DNA of 64,000 bases from a virus (lineage: Duplodnaviria; Caudoviricetes), in IMG/VR virus record IMGVR_UViG_3300030433_002456, positions 1 to 64,000 of that record. One strand, written 5' to 3'. The notes beneath the pieces are model-generated. The model did not search any database, had not been told where the DNA came from, and worked only from the letters and a program-made list of their open reading frames with translations. Position numbers and translations under genes: made by a program. The first letter of the stretch is position 1; the number at the start of each line of letters is the position of its first letter. Shown here one piece after another: positions 61,835 to 64,000 of this stretch.

Positions 61835-61865
61835 TTATAGATAAGAGGAATAAGGAGCGTTACAA

Positions 61866-63122
61866 ATGACTCGCAAAGACCCACTTGAAACAGCGAAGGC
61901 AATTTTAGAAGGGAAGTCTTCGATGGATGAAGGAAAGCACACCCGAGAAGGTATGCATGACCAAGAGCAAGCAGAGATGGTTGCTATGAAGGAAGCAATG
62001 CATAAAGAAATGGCACACGCTGGTGCCTCCGAAGACGAGATTGCTGAAATGATGAAAAAGATGGAAGCAATGTCGTATAAGGAAATGAAAGAATTAATGC
62101 ATAAAGAAGGCATCAAGTACGAGATGAGTCACATGGATGAAGAGTCCAGTGAAGATCTTGAAGTCTACAGCGAAGATGCCGAGGATCTAGAAGAAATGGA
62201 TGAAAAGGGAGTTGGTAAAACAAAGACCGACCGTCCTGATGCAACTCTTGCTGATACTGAAGACGATCTTGAACCTCTTAAGAAGGCAAAAAGCACCAAG
62301 AAGGTTGAAGCAGGTAAGATTAAACCTTCCGCCGCTTCAGGTAAGATTGAGAAACCATCCATGAAGGAAGATCTCGACGCTCTATTCACTGGTGAGGAAC
62401 TCACCGAGGACTTCAAGGAGAAGGCATCGGTTATTTTTGAGTCCGCCATTAACATGCGAGTCGAAGCACTCCGCGAGGAGATTGAGGCAGAGTCCGCTGC
62501 ACAACTAGAGGAAGAGAAGGAAGAGTTCCGTAACGAACTATCCGCCAAAATGGATGACTATCTTTCCTATGTTATTGAAGAGTGGATGAAGGAAAACGAA
62601 CTTGCCATTGAGCGTGGTCTCAAGGGTGATATCGCTGAGTCCTTTATGACTGGTCTCAAGGGTCTTTTCGAGGATCACTACATCAGCGTTCCTGATGACA
62701 AGTATGATCTTCTTGAAGGTCTTTATGAGAAGATCTCTGGTCTCGAAACCAAACTCGACGAGCAAATTCAGAAGAACACTGAACTCAACAAGGACGCTAT
62801 GGTCTCTCGTTGTATCAATGTCTTCAATGATGTCGCCGAGGGTTTAACCGAGGTCGAAATTGAAAAATTACAATCTCTCGCAGAAGGTCTTGAGTATGAC
62901 TCAGAAGACCAATTCCGCGATAAACTATCCGTTCTTCGTGAAAATTATTTCAACGATGTTTCAGAAACAAATGAACTTGCCAATGAAATTGTGGGTGACA
63001 CAATCACCGAGTCCGCAAACGTAGAGGAACACGCCCCCTCTCTAGACGGTTCCATGAAGTTCTATTCTGATATGCTAACCCGGTCAGCAATCGTAGAAAA
63101 GCAGACCAACTTTAAGGGTTGA
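61866..63122 (+). CDS. gp22: Major prohead scaffold protein gp22
   Basis: LF.GE.L.E.FK.KA..IFE.A, DDYL.YV.EEW..EN..AIE.G, ESF..GLK.LF..HYI.VP. Confidence 0.95.
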   Translation: MTRKDPLETAKAILEGKSSMDEGKHTREGMHDQEQAEMVAMKEAMHKEMAHAGASEDEIAEMMKKMEAMSYKEMKELMHKEGIKYEMSHMDEESSEDLEVYSEDAEDLEEMDEKGVGKTKTDRPDATLADTEDDLEPLKKAKSTKKVEAGKIKPSAASGKIEKPSMKEDLDALFTGEELTEDFKEKASVIFESAINMRVEALREEIEAESAAQLEEEKEEFRNELSAKMDDYLSYVIEEWMKENELAIERGLKGDIAESFMTGLKGLFEDHYISVPDDKYDLLEGLYEKISGLETKLDEQIQKNTELNKDAMVSRCINVFNDVAEGLTEVEIEKLQSLAEGLEYDSEDQFRDKLSVLRENYFNDVSETNELANEIVGDTITESANVEEHAPSLDGSMKFYSDMLTRSAIVEKQTNFKG

Positions 63123-63158
63123 CACGGTATTAATTCCATTAACTAAGGAGAATCAAAA

Positions 63159-64000
63159 ATGGAAAAGAAAGAATTCGTTACCGAACAACTCAGAAAGAAG
63201 TGGGCACCCGTTATTGAACACGCTGACATGCCCACAATTTCTGACGACTATCGGAAAAATATCACTGCCGTTCTTCTAGAGAACCAAGAGCAGTATCTTA
63301 AGGAAGCAGCACCCTCCAACTTTGGTTCGGGTCTTGCCGGTGGTGCTAACACCGATGGTAACTTTAGCAGCGTTGCTGGATTCGATCCAGTGCTTATCTC
63401 GCTCGTTCGTCGTGCGATGCCAAACCTAATGGCATATGATGTCTGTGGTGTTCAACCAATGAACGCTCCCACCGGACTCATCTTTGCCATGAAGGCAAAC
63501 TTCAAGCAGCAAGGCGGCGGTGAAGCACTCTTCAACGAGGCACCCACCTCATTCGGTGCAACTGGTAACAACGGCGTTGTTCACGGTAGCACTGCCGCAC
63601 AGGGTACTGACCCACTACTTGCCGAGACTTATGGCGACAACACTGCTGATTATCTCGTTAATGGTGGTATGTCAACTGCCCGTGCTGAAGCACTCGGTGG
63701 TGTTCAACTCGACGATGGTAACTTCAACGAGATGGCATTCGTCATTGATCGTCAGTCTGTTACCGCTAAGACTCGCGCCCTCAAGGCAGAATACACCACT
63801 GAACTCGCTCAGGATCTCAAGGCAGTTCACGGTCTAGATGCCGAAACCGAACTCGCTAACATTCTCAGCACTGAGATTCTTAGCGAAATCAACCGTGAAG
63901 TAGTCCGTACCATTTACAAGACTGCTAAACTCGGCGCACAGCAACCAGACCTCTTCTTCAAGGGTGGTCAAAACGTTGGTGCATCGCTTCCCGGATCCGA
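63159..64000 (+). CDS. gp23: Major capsid protein gp23 (partial, runs off the window)
   Basis: AAGGAG RBS; ...KKWAPVIE...TAVLLENQE.YLKE-A...FDPVLISLVRRAMPNLMAYDVCGVQPM..PTGLIFAM...RALKAEYT.ELAQDLKAVHGLDAE.ELANILS.EI. Confidence 0.98.
   Translation, partial: MEKKEFVTEQLRKKWAPVIEHADMPTISDDYRKNITAVLLENQEQYLKEAAPSNFGSGLAGGANTDGNFSSVAGFDPVLISLVRRAMPNLMAYDVCGVQPMNAPTGLIFAMKANFKQQGGGEALFNEAPTSFGATGNNGVVHGSTAAQGTDPLLAETYGDNTADYLVNGGMSTARAEALGGVQLDDGNFNEMAFVIDRQSVTAKTRALKAEYTTELAQDLKAVHGLDAETELANILSTEILSEINREVVRTIYKTAKLGAQQPDLFFKGGQNVGASLPGS

Noticed and set aside
63520-63837. 105-aa ORF in the supplied track
   Set aside because: It is an out-of-frame overlap of gp23, which starts at 63159 and runs off the window.
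1-64000. Stop-codon recoding
   Set aside because: Core genes are intact under the standard code, and TAA, TGA and TAG all end genes at sensible positions.
1-64000. tRNA, rRNA or large ncRNA genes
   Set aside because: Intergenic gaps are short (the largest is about 130 bp) and I saw no cloverleaf by eye. tRNAscan and Infernal were not run.

Overview
This window is a 64-kb segment of a large T4-like myophage genome. From about 18.3 kb to the right edge it carries the T4-type core. gp33 and gp32 come first, then a minus-strand block (gp4, gp2, gp54-like, gp26, gp51, gp29). The plus strand continues with gp48, gp53, gp27-like, a lysozyme-less gp5, fibre and beta-helix genes, PAAR, gp25, gp6, gp7, gp8, a VrlC/DUF4815-like protein, gp13-gp22, and gp23, which is cut by the edge. 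The first 18 kb is accessory. The strongest candidate for an undescribed system is at about 2.9-13.1 kb. It is a cluster of long Lys-rich ORFs built from mostly 40-120 aa modules joined by a recurring acidic linker, E-[DES]-V-[EQ]-[LI]-D-E, which matches the [LI]-x-E prohead-protease site. Several of these ORFs start with a T4 internal-protein-like capsid-targeting peptide (MKxFxxY/FxxE). They look like protease-processed, capsid-packaged polyprotein cassettes. Other signals: (1) a non-canonical late promoter, (A/C)TA(C/G)ATA, upstream of late genes; (2) frequent G-x-T triplets in virion-surface proteins, a possible modification sequon; (3) PEP-CTERM-like and dockerin-like tags suggesting a Planctomycetota (Phycisphaerales-like) host; (4) a very Cys-rich protein; (5) a Met/His-rich segment duplicated in two scaffold genes. 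All family assignments come from recognising motifs and synteny by eye. No database searches were run.
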